Shown here piece by piece: positions 52,216 to 64,000 of a stretch of DNA of 64,000 nt. A program made the translations under genes and the position numbers. The DNA is taken from assembly GCF_001194135.2 (NCBI RefSeq), contig NC_069001.1, forward strand, positions 39,378,336-39,442,335. The letters are read 5' to 3'. Each line of letters begins with the position of its first letter. Position 1 is the first letter of the stretch. The notes under the pieces were generated by a model. The model saw only the letters and a program-made list of their open reading frames with translations, was not told where the DNA came from and did no database searches. The DNA is from Octopus bimaculoides. Lineage: Eukaryota.

Positions 52216-53051
52216 ATTATCATCTGAGTACTGTTCCTACTTGGCGACGTCCGTAACGAAACAACCCAAACACTTTTGCCAAGTGTTATTAATATCTCCA
52301 CATGTGAGCATGTCAGGCGAGAATGAGAGAAAGTAACAAAAATCCAGACCGATTTGTAAAAAACATTTTTTCTTCCTCCATATTCCTAACCAGCTGTTTT
52401 TCTTCGTGTTTACTTTGGTTGTATTACTTTCTTTCCATTAATATTTGACTTCTTAAATATCTCGTCATAAGATGTTTATAGACTTTTCTCCTGACAATAT
52501 CGATTTGGTTTGTTCTTCTCCACTTCTCTCGTATACACTACCGTTGTCAAGGATTTCCTATAAAACCTGTAATTTACTGCTTTCATCAACAAATTTCAAA
52601 ACTCTGTGAAAAGAGAGAAAATAAAAACAACTAAAAACAGTAAAAGTAAAATTTAACGAAATTCTATCGATCAATATTTAATACTGACTGTTATAAACTA
52701 TCAATACACTAAAATTTCTACATCAATTGCAAGAAATCTTTCCTTACTGTATGTATAGGCTTCACTTTCTCCTCCTCTCTCTGTCACACACACACACNNN
52801 NNNNNNNNNNNNNNNNNNNNNNNNNNNNNNNNNNNNNNNNNNNNNNNNNNNNNNNNNNNNNNNNNNNNNNNNNNNNNNNNNNNNNNNNNNNNNNNNNNNN
52901 NNNNNNNNNNNNNNNNNNNNNNNNNNNNNNNNNNNNNNNNNNNNNNNNNNNNNNNNNNNNNNNNNNNNNNNNNNNNNNNNNNNNNNNNNNNNNNNNNNNN
53001 NNNNNNNNNNNNNNNNNNNNNNNNNNNNNNNNNNNNNNNNNNNNNNNNNNN

Positions 53052-53096
<45 letters not shown>

Positions 53097-53374
53097 TTTT
53101 ATCTTGTGTCATTTGACTACGGCCATGCCGGAGCACCGCTTCATATATAATGTGTGTGAGAATCTCTCCATGTATCTCTATCAAGCTAACTATATATCTA
53201 CCCATCTCTCTCTCTCTCTATCCCACTCTCTCTGTCTCTCTCTCAGAAATGTGTATGAGACCTCTTCCCCCATTTATGGTTTTCTATAAATTAAGGCTCT
53301 AGCATTTGTATGTACAACATGTCATCTTTATTGTAGTGACTGTTCAGAAATAATATCCCCGTAGACGGGTGCTT

Positions 53375-53500
53375 GACCTGGCAGAAATAGCAGCCAGATC
53401 ATTCACAAATCACATTCTTCAATCCTGCATAATTACAACCTAATTTAGAAAAATAGCCCTGGCACGGTTGGAACGTCTTTGATCAGATGCTACTCAAAAA
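53375..53500 (+). mobile_element. Family C repeat copy
   Basis: TTGACCTGGCAGAAATAGCAGCCAGATC...CACGGTTGGAACGTCTTTGA matches the reverse complement of 3440-3550. Confidence 0.7.
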
Positions 53501-53679
53501 TATCACCACATTAGATTGGTAATAAAAATAGGTACCAGTCATTAGCTGAGTTCGTATTTGTCTGTTTTTATCGTAAAACCAGGGAAAGGGGTCCCAACAC
53601 CAAGAGAACCCCTTTATTATTTTTTTCTTTTTAGAGTCTCCAAAACTGTGGACAGTCTTCAGGACAGATATAAAGCTGG

Positions 53680-53930
53680 AGATGAGTGGTGCGGGTTTAA
53701 ACTGGCCAAGGAACGAAGTCTACCACGCGGTACAAGAAACAAACACCACCAGGTATTCAGTCCGACGCTCTAACAATTGTTCTACCACCACCACCCCGCT
53801 CTTGCCTGGTCATTTAATTTATCCACCACAAAAGCGACGAAGGACAAAGTTTACTTCGACGAAGTTTGAATTGGAGAGTAGAAAATCGGACCAAATACCA
53901 CGAGGTAGTTTGTCCAACGTTTTAACCACT
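53680..53930 (-). mobile_element. Two heavily decayed SINE family A copies
   Basis: TTTATCCACC..AAAGCGACGAAGGACAAAGT..CTTCGACGAAGTTTGAA..GGACCAAATACC is colinear with the family A reverse complement; a second head-like segment lies at 53740-53790. Confidence 0.5.
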
Positions 53931-55011
53931 CAGTACCATATATGGAATAGGGATTTGGAACCGTTGATTAACCCCTAGTTGGTTGCTCGACATGCGAGAA
54001 ACAGCAATAAATTCGATCTGAAATAACGCCCTTCCGATTTAGAAAAAGGACATTGTATAATGTGCCTGCTGGATGCACTGGGTCTGGGGAAAGAACAGGA
54101 GAGTCAGAGGATTCCTGCCATACTATTAAATGTGACGTTGTGGTTTTCATGCTGAGGTGCTCTGGGCTATTTGGACATTCCGGGTCATTTTTAGCACGTG
54201 CGCCCCCCCCCCCCCGCACACTTGCTCATACACTTCCACGCACACATGCTTCCTCTCAGATACATGCGCTTACTCTTTTGCACACACTCTCATACACACG
54301 CACACATACACAGTTTCCAAACATACAAACCCGTCCTCTCATATACTCATGCAATTCCCAAACACACAAACACACACACACACACTCACACGTGTGGTAA
54401 GTTGTTCTTCTTCCCTGTAACTGAGTGAGTTTCCACGACCTGCCAGAATGGTGATGCTGCTCACCAATGACGCTAACATCAATTATAACAAGAGAAGACA
54501 TATGCTATTCAAACTCCTGCAGTCTGGCTAAATATATACTTCAGCTTTCTGAAGCTAATTTTGAACGTCATTAAACGAGGATTTCTTTGTTATTTTTCTT
54601 CTTATTTCTAATAGAAATTAATTAATTTTTCTGATTTTTGTCTATAATTTCGGCGCCGCCGAATCTAGTGTTTTAATACAAATATGAATATAATTATATT
54701 TGAAGTATCTCTTACAGAAAATCTAATGAATGGATTGAAAGGAAATCTCGTCCTCCTCCTACCTGGACTCTGTAACTTCAATACAAGATTTAATTGAATT
54801 ACCTGCATTTAACTATAGAAACAGAAAGAATTCGATTAAATATCAGAGTTTCTCCTCTACTTTTATCTCTCCCCCCACTCTCTCTCTTTCTTTCTCTCAC
54901 TCTCACTCATCACCAAACTCAACTATTATTCTTTGTTGTCTACCTGCACTGGATTAGATCAGAATTCTATTCAGTTACTACTACTACTACTACTACTCTT
55001 ATTATCATCAC

Positions 55012-55044
<33 letters not shown>

Positions 55045-55070
55045 TACTACTACTGTTATTGTTATTATAA

Positions 55071-55310
55071 AGTCGGCGAACTGACAAATGTTAGCGTGCC
55101 GGACGAAATGCTTAGCGGCATTTCGCCCGTTGCTACGTTCTGAGTTCACATTCCGCCGAGGTCAACTTTGCCTTTCATCTTTTTGGGGTCGATACAATAA
55201 CCATCAGTTAAACCCCTGGCTCGGTGTAATCAACTTACCCCTCCCCTAAAATTGCCGGGATTGTGCCAACATTTAAAACCATTATTCTTGTTGTTGTGAT
55301 TATTATTTTG
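55071..55310 (+). mobile_element. SINE family A copy preceded by an (ACT)n/(ATT)n run
   Basis: TGTTAGCGTGCCGGACGAAATGCTTAGCGGCATTTCGCCCG...GAGTTCACATTCCGCCGAGGTCAACTTTGCCTTTCAT. Confidence 0.9.
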
Positions 55311-56507
55311 TATTTAGCATTGAAAAAGTTTTTATCTTTTTTAACAAATAAAACAAAACCTGTCAGAATGCCAATATCAAAATATTTCCCCTTCACCAAC
55401 TTCAGAATAATTATGTTTTTCACGCACAAACAAGTTATTTGTGAAGCTGAACACTACACTCACACTTACAAGTGTGTGTGCGTGTGCGTGTGTGTGTGTG
55501 AGTATGTCTGTCTGTCTGTGTGTGTGCGTGCGTGCGTGATGTCTGTATCCTATTATTGCTTTCAGTCAGTGAACTGCGGCCATGCTGTAGCTCTGACTAC
55601 CCGTCTGTCCACATTTGAAAGTTTCGTATATGCGGTGCATCTTTTATCGATTTCTAATTTGTTGAACCGCTATATGCGGAATATAAAACACAGCACGAGG
55701 TTTTGCAAGTGATGGAACTGTTAACACATTGACGAACGTTCGCGCGCGTGTGTGCATGTATATATATATATAATGCAAGCACCAATTTGATTATATTATG
55801 CATATGCATGTCTGTAATTTATGTATATGTAAATCTTCATACGACTAATATTTACAGATATACTTTTTTCATGTATACATAGAATTATGAATATTTATCG
55901 ATGTATTCTCTCACACACGCGCACATACACACATACACGCATGCATATATATATGTGTGTATGTATGCACGTGTGTTTATCAAGAAATATATTTGTGAGC
56001 GTTAGTATGATTCTATGCATATTTATATACACAGTCACGCACGCACTCAAAATCACAACCGTATATACACGCGTTTGTTATGTATACACACATGCGTGAA
56101 TTTATCCATTTTATTCTCTCTGAAATCTAGAGACGATGCACACAGGATTGAACAAGACATGAAGTAAATAAGGTTAGCTTCTCCTGCTGCAAAATCAATA
56201 GTTTTGTCCGAAAAACTGCCAATACATACCCATAGAAATGTACGTGTGGAGGTGAAGTGATTTGTGCGAGAATCTATAAATAAATATCTGTCTATCTATT
56301 TGATCGACCTCAATATGATTCGATTATTTACGACTGTTTATGAGAAAGATTCCCTATAAAATGCTTTCACTCAGCTGTCACTCGGTTTCGGGTACACGTG
56401 TTCCTCAGATGGAGAATGGAGTGCATGTGCACGCAGAAATGTGTTTTCTATGTTTATACAGTGTGTCGATTTGTGTCTTGAATATGATACACCTGTCTTA
56501 ACCACCA

Positions 56508-56538
<31 letters not shown>

Positions 56539-56549
56539 ACAATGCAGAG

Positions 56550-56715
56550 TTGTTGGTTAGTTTCAGGTCAACTGAATAGATTTATGTTGAAAGGCTTTCT
56601 TATCGTGACCATCCCTTTTGTTTTCTTTTCAGGAAAACTGCTTTTGTTTTTACAAGAGTAGGACTTAATTTGATGAAGATTTGGCTGCTCCTTTCAGCAT
56701 GTCTAGCACTTACAT
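56550..56715 (-). mobile_element. Family C repeat copy
   Basis: GTGACCATCCC and GATTTGGCTGCTCCTTTCAGCA match family C in reverse orientation. Confidence 0.6.
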
Positions 56716-57736
56716 AGGAGCATGCACACTGTCACAGAGGAGCAGTGGTGGTGGTGGTGGTAGATGTCAGGGAAACAGGGTTATTTGGTGCCGTTCATTT
56801 CCAGGGGGTCAGTTCCGATCACTGTTTTCTGTAACCAAAAGCTATTCGAGCAGTAAACCTCTCGCCTTTGTTCTTGTCTTTGTCACAGTCTGTTGAGGGC
56901 TTCATTGTCCAATGCGTCCTGTCCCGTTTTAAGAGTGCTAAATATCATCTCAGGGCAATATTGCCGCTATTTCTAACATATAAAGGGACCGTGTAGAGGA
57001 GGCTACCTTATTATCTCTGTGTAGAGTACAATATGGCCTTCAATAAGAAATGAGCAGATACTTAGAGTTAGCCGGAGAGATTGTTGAAGATTAACTCTGC
57101 TGCAGAGACTCACAACAGAGATATTTAAAATTATCTGTGACTGTTGATCGAGATTATTCAATGTCATGCAAAATTCATGGGACTGTGCTGCATTTATGAC
57201 TGATATATATACTCTCGCTGACTCTATCTGAATATAATAGGTACTATGAGACGGTAACAGTCAGCACTATACGAGTCAGTTTTAGTCAAAGACAATAGTT
57301 ATACGAGAATTGTAGCTTAGTCACCGTCAAATCAGAACCCCCTTAATAAAAACAGGACATATTAAATAAAATGGTTCTATATATTCCAGAGCAAACGAAT
57401 CACGCTTGCAATGTTTGGTCATAGGTCTGTTCGATCAAGGTTTTCCGTTGCTAAATAACAAGTGCAACAACACCCAACAATAGCCGTGGGAAATGGTTTA
57501 ACATCACACATTCCTTATTTCCAAATGGTGCTGCTAAACTGTCATCTAGGTTAGTCCTTGGTAACTTTTAGATGAATTCCGTTCTGCTGCATGAATTCTG
57601 GTCACAACTGAAATCTGGAAGTAACTGCCTCGTTTGTTTCTACCGGAGGATCCGGAAAAGCGGAGTCATCATCAGCTCTGGCCTTCCTCCCCCTCCTCTT
57701 ATTAACTCCTTAAACGAATCACTTTCTAACAGTCAA

Positions 57737-57945
57737 GGCCCATGGCTTAGTAATTAGGAAGTTGCATTTATGATTGTGGTTTCGATTCCAGGACGATCGC
57801 TGTGTTGTGTCCTCGAGCAAAAACACCTAATTTTCATGTTGTTTCAGTTCACTCAGCTGTTAATACAACGGATCAGAATCCCGTTCGAAGGGTAGCTTGT
57901 GATATCGGTCGCTTATACGCACTGGAAATCGGCCCCTATCAGGGG
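57737..57945 (+). mobile_element. Family D (CORE-like) SINE copy
   Basis: CATGGCTTAGTAATTAG A-box-like, GGTTTCGATTCC B-box-like, then TTGTGTCCTCGAGCAAAAACAC..TTTCATGTTG..TTCACTCAGCTG. Confidence 0.75.
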
Positions 57946-59439
57946 TTAATGTTGCTAATTCCAACTGTGACTGCATCGTAGAGAAATGAAGAATTCCAAT
58001 GTTATAGCTCAGGATTAAAGCCATTCCAGTTGAATCACGCTAATAATTTCCTTGGAGACGCAATGAAAGCCCACACGGCTCTTAGAACTTTCTCCTAAAA
58101 TCTGTACCGAACTTAAGATATCAGAATAAATTTAAACTATTCTAATCACTTTTGTATTTATCACTCTAGAATCAACTTAAATTCCAGGCGAAACATATTA
58201 GTAACCTGGTTTTTATTCTTGTTTGGAAGCAGTTCCATTACCTTGTTGATGGTCTTTAGAATAATCAAGGAAAAACTAATCAGTCTCACTTGCCACATCA
58301 ACCTACCCTCTTCTGATTAGTGGCAGACGCCAAGATGGCTGTATCGTATTCTCCTGCTATTTCGCGCATATTTCTCCTTCTCACGTTTCATATCTCTTTC
58401 TCCCCAACCTCTCTCTCACACAGACAACAATCACATTTAGCTTCTTCACTGTCACTTCTCTCTGCCAATTGTACTTTATTTATTCATATGTTAGCATAGC
58501 TTTCAATCTATTATATACATTACAATACTGGACGAAGCTCTCTGCTATATANNNNNNNNNNNNNNNNNNNNNNNNNNNNNNNNNNNNNNNNNNNNNNNNN
58601 NNNNNNNNNNNNNNNNNNNNNNNNNNNNNNNNNNNNNNNNNNNNNNNNNNNNNNNNNNNNNNNNNNNNNNNNNNNNNNNNNNNNNNNNNNNNNNNNNNNN
58701 NNNNNNNNNNNNNNNNNNNNNNNNNNNNNNNNNNNNNNNNNNNNNNNNNNNNNNNNNNNNNNNNNNNNNNNNNNNNNNNNNNNNNNNNNNNNNNNNNNNN
58801 NNNNNNNNNNNNNNNNNNNNNNNNNNNNNNNNNNNNNNNNNNNNNNNNNNNNNNNNNNNNNNNNNNNNNNNNNNNNNNNNNNNNNNNNNNNNNNNNNNNN
58901 NNNNNNNNNNNNNNNNNNNNNNNNNNNNNNNNNNNNNNNNNNNNNNNNNNNNNNNNNNNNNNNNNNNNNNNNNNNNNNNNNNNNNNNNNNNNNNNNNNNN
59001 NNNNNNNNNNNNNNNNNNNNNNNNNNNNNNNNNNNNNNNNNNNNNNNNNNNNNNNNNNNNNNNNNNNNNNNNNNNNNNNNNNNNNNNNNNNNNNNNNNNN
59101 NNNNNNNNNNNNNNNNNNNNNNNNNNNNNNNNNNNNNNNNNNNNNNNNNNNNNNNNNNNNNNNNNNNNNNNNNNNNNNNNNNNNNNNNNNNNNNNNNNNN
59201 TATATAGTGGAAAGTAACTATACATAAATATATATATACATATGTATATGTATTTATTTTCCACTATATATGTATATATATATATATATATATCCCTTTA
59301 CTAGTTTCAGTCATCAGACTGTGGTCATGCTGGAGCACCACCATCAAGTTAAAAATATAGAACGCTTCACGAATTTGCGTGCCATCGTTACACAAGGACA
59401 ATGCTAAACCTCTCTGTATCATTCCAGTTTCAGTATGTG

Positions 59440-59717
59440 TGCGTGTGTGTGTGTGTGTGTGTGTATATACGTTGGCATATATGTGCGTATATATGTGTAT
59501 ATATATATATACATATGTGTTTACATACATATATATATATATGTATATATATGTATTTATTTATATATATATATATATATGTATATTCATATATATGTAT
59601 ATATATATATTTATATTTATTTATGTGTATATATATTTATATTTATATATATGTATATATATATACATATTTATTTATATATATATGTATAAATATATAT
59701 GTATATATATATGTGTG

Positions 59718-59770
<53 letters not shown>

Positions 59771-59804
59771 GTGTGTGTATANNNNNNNNNNATATATATA
59801 TATG

Positions 59805-59853
<49 letters not shown>

Positions 59854-59882
59854 ATATATATATACTTATATGTATATATTCA
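59440..59882. repeat. Long imperfect TA-rich microsatellite mosaic
   Basis: Directly visible; source of the 175-196 aa YIYI ORFs. Confidence 0.95.
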
Positions 59883-60887
59883 TTTTTACAGACACTTCAT
59901 TTTTAGTTTGTCAAACGCAAAGATAATAACTTATATTGGAACCTATAATTATTTATTTTCTAAAGATACTCGCAGGAGGGGAGAATGTTGATATCATCAC
60001 CGCAGAGAATCTCAATGTAAATGTGTCAACTAATCGCCATCCATAACCTGTTTCCTTACTTTGAAATCACATTCCTATTTTTACTTGATTTATCGATTCA
60101 ACGTTTGCCTTTTGCTTTACCTCGGTTTTATCGATCCGATTCCCTTCTTAAGTAAGTCATTCAGGCCAGTACCAAAGCAGGTTAAAAAACTAGCAGGGAA
60201 CCAACAGATAGAATTCATATTAGAATTGTCGAACTATAATCTATATCCAACTAACACGGATAATATCGCCAATTATAACAGCTGTTTTTCTCAGATGTTG
60301 TTCTTCTTGTTATTGTGGTAGTTGTTGTTAGTTGTATTGTTTCAGTATTTGGTGCTTATATTTTTATTTAAATTGCTACTGTTTCGTAGTAGTAGTAGTA
60401 GTTGTTGTTGCTGTTTACATACTTTCTGTTCTTATCTAATGTCTGAACGAAATATCTTCAATGGCGAATTAAACCATTTCTTGTACTCAAAATATTTTTT
60501 TCTTCTTCTAGTTCTTCTCGGAGAAAGCAATAAAAGCAACTGTTCAAATTAATAGGTGAACTTCTTCGTTTAATACATCAAAGATAACGGGCAAATTTGC
60601 TAGCGAAGAGGAAAAATAATTGCTCTCCTTACAGTAAAAAGATTCTAATGCAGATGTCATATGTAGATATACATTCATGTCTATATCTGCGTGCGTATAC
60701 ATGCGTGGATATGTGTGTATATACATCTCTGTCTATGTGTGTGTGTATGTAAGTGTGCGTGCGTGTGTGTACGCGCGCGTCAGTGGTGTGCACATAAATT
60801 TGTGGTTTATTCTCGCTGCCTCTCATTGTATTCACGAAAATACAAACACATAGGGGGCACAAGCAGGTTTACAATATCTTAATCGCA

Positions 60888-60923
<36 letters not shown>

Positions 60924-60945
60924 GTTGCAATACACACATGTGTGC

Positions 60946-60988
<43 letters not shown>

Positions 60989-61432
60989 AGAGAGACATAG
61001 ACAGAAAGATGTATGCAAACAGGTAAGTGTGAACAATAGGAAGATCAGAGAGTGCTCCATAACGAACAAAGAGTGGATCTTTGGCAGCTGAAACTTCTTA
61101 AACTATTTCCTCGATTTTACTGTTGTTTATGTCGGCCGGGAGTATGATATATATATATATATACATATATATATAAAACATGCTTCTGTGCGTTGAATGA
61201 ATGCAGCATTTTGTCGATTTTCAAACCAAACAACACACGCATTTGATAACCTTTGTAGGTTTATTTTGAAGAAAAATTGGTATACATATATACACACACA
61301 CACACATGTATTCTCAGTACACGATGAACATTATTGATTTTATATATATATATATATATATAGTCTAATGAAGGAATCTATCTCTCTGCTTATATATCTG
61401 TGTATATATTTATGTATATATGTGTGTGTGTG

Positions 61433-61473
<41 letters not shown>

Positions 61474-62019
61474 TTATTCAGCCAAATGTACAAAACGCTA
61501 TGCTGGAGCCAATTTTAAACTCGTTTTATGATTGGTTAATTGGTTTTCCTCCCCGCACCTCACCTTATTATCCTGGAATCGCTCAACACCGTTTAACTAC
61601 TTTTTGTTAACCTTTCGTTCAGTAACACCTGTTATTTGCACCCATATGTGACATAATACGTTCCAAACTATCTTCAGTCCATTGCTCACCGTCATTTCTA
61701 TAGGTGAGCTCAGTATATATTTATTTCAATGTAGTTTGTCTTAATTATAAGATAAAGCTAAAAGTGATTTTTAAACCCGATACGTATTATCTACCTGCTT
61801 ATGGCTTCTTTATTGCAAGACGTTTTTCTGGATCTGAATTCTTTACGTATGTTCAAAGCAGTTCAATGTCTTTCAGTCGTCGCTCATGTTTCCAAGAAGG
61901 GATGAAGGTCATACGGTTTTCCTTCAAATGAATATTTTATCTTTTTCAGCATGTGACTAGCTGCGAGTGCTCGTCATTGAGAGGGTACACCAAGGCTGAA
62001 ATACATCTAGCGTTCTTGC

Positions 62020-62347
62020 TTCTAAGAGCAAACTTCGTTTGTTTGTTTACGCTTATCGTAATTTGAATTTAACATATGATAGCCTCTCATAAAGCGAGAT
62101 TTCTATACGTCTTAAATTTGCCGAAAAACTTGTGGCTGGGCAGTTTAGCTCAAATGGTCAAGAGCACCGCGACGCGTAATCACAGAGGTGTGAGTTCGAG
62201 TCTCATGGCTTGTCGCCTACACTTTTTTCTGCAAAATAGGGGTTGCGTTTGAGAATTTAAAATCATTTCTTTAATTTTCTAAGACATCTCTACGTTTCTA
62301 AAAGCAAACTTCGTTTGTTTGTTTACGTTTATCGTAATTTGAATTTA
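62020..62347. repeat. 52-bp direct repeat pair (50/52 identical), 276 bp apart, flanking the tRNA-like sequence
   Basis: TTCTAA(G/A)AGCAAACTTCGTTTGTTTGTTTACG(C/T)TTATCGTAATTTGAATTTA at 62020-62071 and 62296-62347. Confidence 0.95.
62139..62214 (+). pseudogene. tRNA-like sequence (pseudo-tRNA or Pol III unit), nominal anticodon CGT
   Basis: Intact D arm GCTC-AAATGGTCAA-GAGC and T arm GTGAG-TTCGAGT-CTCAT with A/B boxes; T6 terminator at 62223-62228; anticodon and acceptor stems mismatched; U33 absent. Confidence 0.7.
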
Positions 62348-63495
62348 TATACATTATGTTTTATATATGTCTATTTGAAACAAGATTTATTTTTTACAAT
62401 TATAAATTAATATATTTGTTGTTTTTAAATTATTAACATTTATATTCTTGCTCTTTCTATATGGAACCGACACCCACCTTTCAAAAAGCAAATCTCTATC
62501 TTTTTTTGGTTTCCCACGTGTAATTCTACTAATTCAGGTTTGACTAGAGATGATAGATTTTCTTTGAAAATAAAAATTTTCTTCCTGCTTCTTAATACTC
62601 TGTGTGACTCAATCATTATGTTCTCTCCAGTCATTTACACATGTCATAATTTGACAGATATATTCACCAAACTCAGCTGGGAGTGATCAAATGGACTTCA
62701 TTTCTGGCACTCTTCGTCCACATTCTCATACATTACGCATCAATAAATGACAGTTCATATATTTTACGGAACGTAAATCAAATACTTTTTTTTTTTATAT
62801 ATTGATATCAATACCATTATCCCTGCATAGGACATCTGTTGTAACAGGGAGATTGCAAACTAGATCCGTGGTTCACCGTAAAGAAAGCCATGAATTATAG
62901 TGGGAAAATAACGAAATTCCTAGTGTCAATGTCCACCAAGGCGTATAATGTGAGAACTAGATGGTGACAATAGGTCTTGCAAATTATAGTTGCTGTAACA
63001 GAAATAGCTGCTTTTCATAAACTGCAAAGTTGCCTTCGGAGAAAACTATGCAGTTTGTGAAAAGCAATGATTTGAGAGAATTGCAAGCAGAGGGCAGGTG
63101 CACGGATTTGTGCATTTAATGACGTAATCAACAACATTCCTTTCTGCCGATTTCAAATCTTTCTCCTTTTTTTTTTTTATTCTATGAAATCATCTTGAAA
63201 CAAATTATTCCAAACATGTTGCTATCTCCTACGCAAAGAATTGTAAAAATTCAGTTCTCTTTCACAGATTTGTCGATATTAATTACATGGAAATATTCAC
63301 AGAAAAAAAACAAGGAGACTGCGTGACTGTTTTTCTTTAATTCTAACGAAACCGCTACACACACACACACACACACGTAGATATTTATGTCTTGTGTGTA
63401 TAGTGCTGATTATGTGGGTTTTTTTGTATNNNNNNNNNNATGAACCAGGCATGGCACGAAAACGAACAAACAACAGCAACGTGTGTGTGTGTGTG

Positions 63496-63822
63496 GTGGA
63501 GGGACATGGCCAAGTGGTTAGAGCAGCGGACTCACGGTCGAGGAATCGCGGGTTCGAAACTCCGACCGAGCGATGTGTGTGTTTATGAACGAAACACCTA
63601 AGCTCCCCGCGACTCTGGCAAAAAGTAATGGCTAACATCTGCTGACTCTTTCGCCACAACTTCCTCTCACTCTTTCCTCCTGCATCTAGCAGCTCACCTG
63701 CGACGGACCGGTGTCCCGTCCAGGTAGGGAACCTTTACGCCATTGAAACCGGGAAACCGGCCCTTATGAACCAGGCATGGCACGAAAACGAACAAACAAC
63801 AGCAACGTGTGTGTGTGTGTGG
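63496..63822 (+). mobile_element. Young-looking tRNA-derived SINE with a Meta/V-like central domain
   Basis: A-box TGGCCAAGTGG and B-box GGTTCGAAACTCC. CCTGCGACGGACCGGTGTCCCGTCCAGG..GAAACCGGGA resembles the Meta/V core as I recall it (CCTGCGATGGACT.GC.TCCC.TCCAGGG). The tail is AAC-rich and runs into (GT)n. Confidence 0.75.
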
Positions 63823-64000
63823 TCACATATTTGTGCTTGATATATAAGCATGTGTAACATATCGGCAGGCTGTCCAAAGAACCAGATAGGCTGTACTCTA
63901 AAATCCGCCCAGAAACATTGCATCCGTGCACATTTGAAAGACGACACAACAGACACGTACTCACATTGAAAGTATTAATGCAGCCGGTGCTTGGCTGTTT

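Larger units (their letters stand above)
8584..63439. other. 15 assembly gaps, about 4.3 kb in total
   Basis: N-runs at 8584-8626, 11215-11265, 16667-16840, 19035-19278, 22849-22933, 27196-27917, 28322-28331, 30888-31055, 31924-32436, 32839-33507, 48982-49688, 52798-53051, 58552-59200, 59782-59791 and 63430-63439. Confidence 0.98.

Noticed and set aside
53623-53753. Exon-like unit (acceptor TTTTTAG, VSKTVDSLQDRYKAGDEWCGFK..., donor CAG|GTATTC)
   Set aside because: It overlaps a decayed antisense family A SINE; exonisation cannot be excluded but is unsupported.
56607-56790. Strong polypyrimidine acceptor (TTTTGTTTTCTTTTCAG) with downstream ORF
   Set aside because: It falls inside an antisense family C repeat and has no good donor.
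3865-59991. Long ORFs rich in HT/YI/CV dipeptides, poly-L/R/K or X (e.g. 3865-4383, 10937-11350, 16479-17139, 27120-27940, 32756-33605, 48863-49822, 58469-59991)
   Set aside because: They are translations of microsatellites and N gaps, which lack stop codons.

Overview
AT-rich, microsatellite-laden animal genomic DNA from a gapped assembly (15 N-runs, about 4.3 kb, mostly abutting (TA)n or (CA)n). The SINE sequences look like those I recall from Octopus; this taxon call is recall-based, not searched. No complete or recognisable protein-coding gene, rRNA or CRISPR array is supported. Most ORFs in the track are microsatellite or N-run artefacts or TE fragments. Well supported: many tRNA-derived SINE copies in about five families, a decayed RTE-clade LINE (11.7-14.1 kb, minus), a Tc1/mariner (maT/DD37D-like) transposase relic (14.9-15.5 kb, minus), and several mini- and microsatellites. 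Most worth following up: a tRNA-like cassette with a Pol III terminator between 52-bp direct repeats (62.0-62.35 kb); a diverged ~155-bp tandem repeat that keeps a minus-strand frame open (2.2-2.76 kb); a foldback inverted repeat around (TA)n and a gap (30.8-31.1 kb); a motif-spacer array (7.45-7.74 kb); and weak candidate exons, including a frame-compatible plus-strand chain with one in-frame TAA (4.5-5.9 kb). Nothing here demonstrates a new biological system; these are testable leads.
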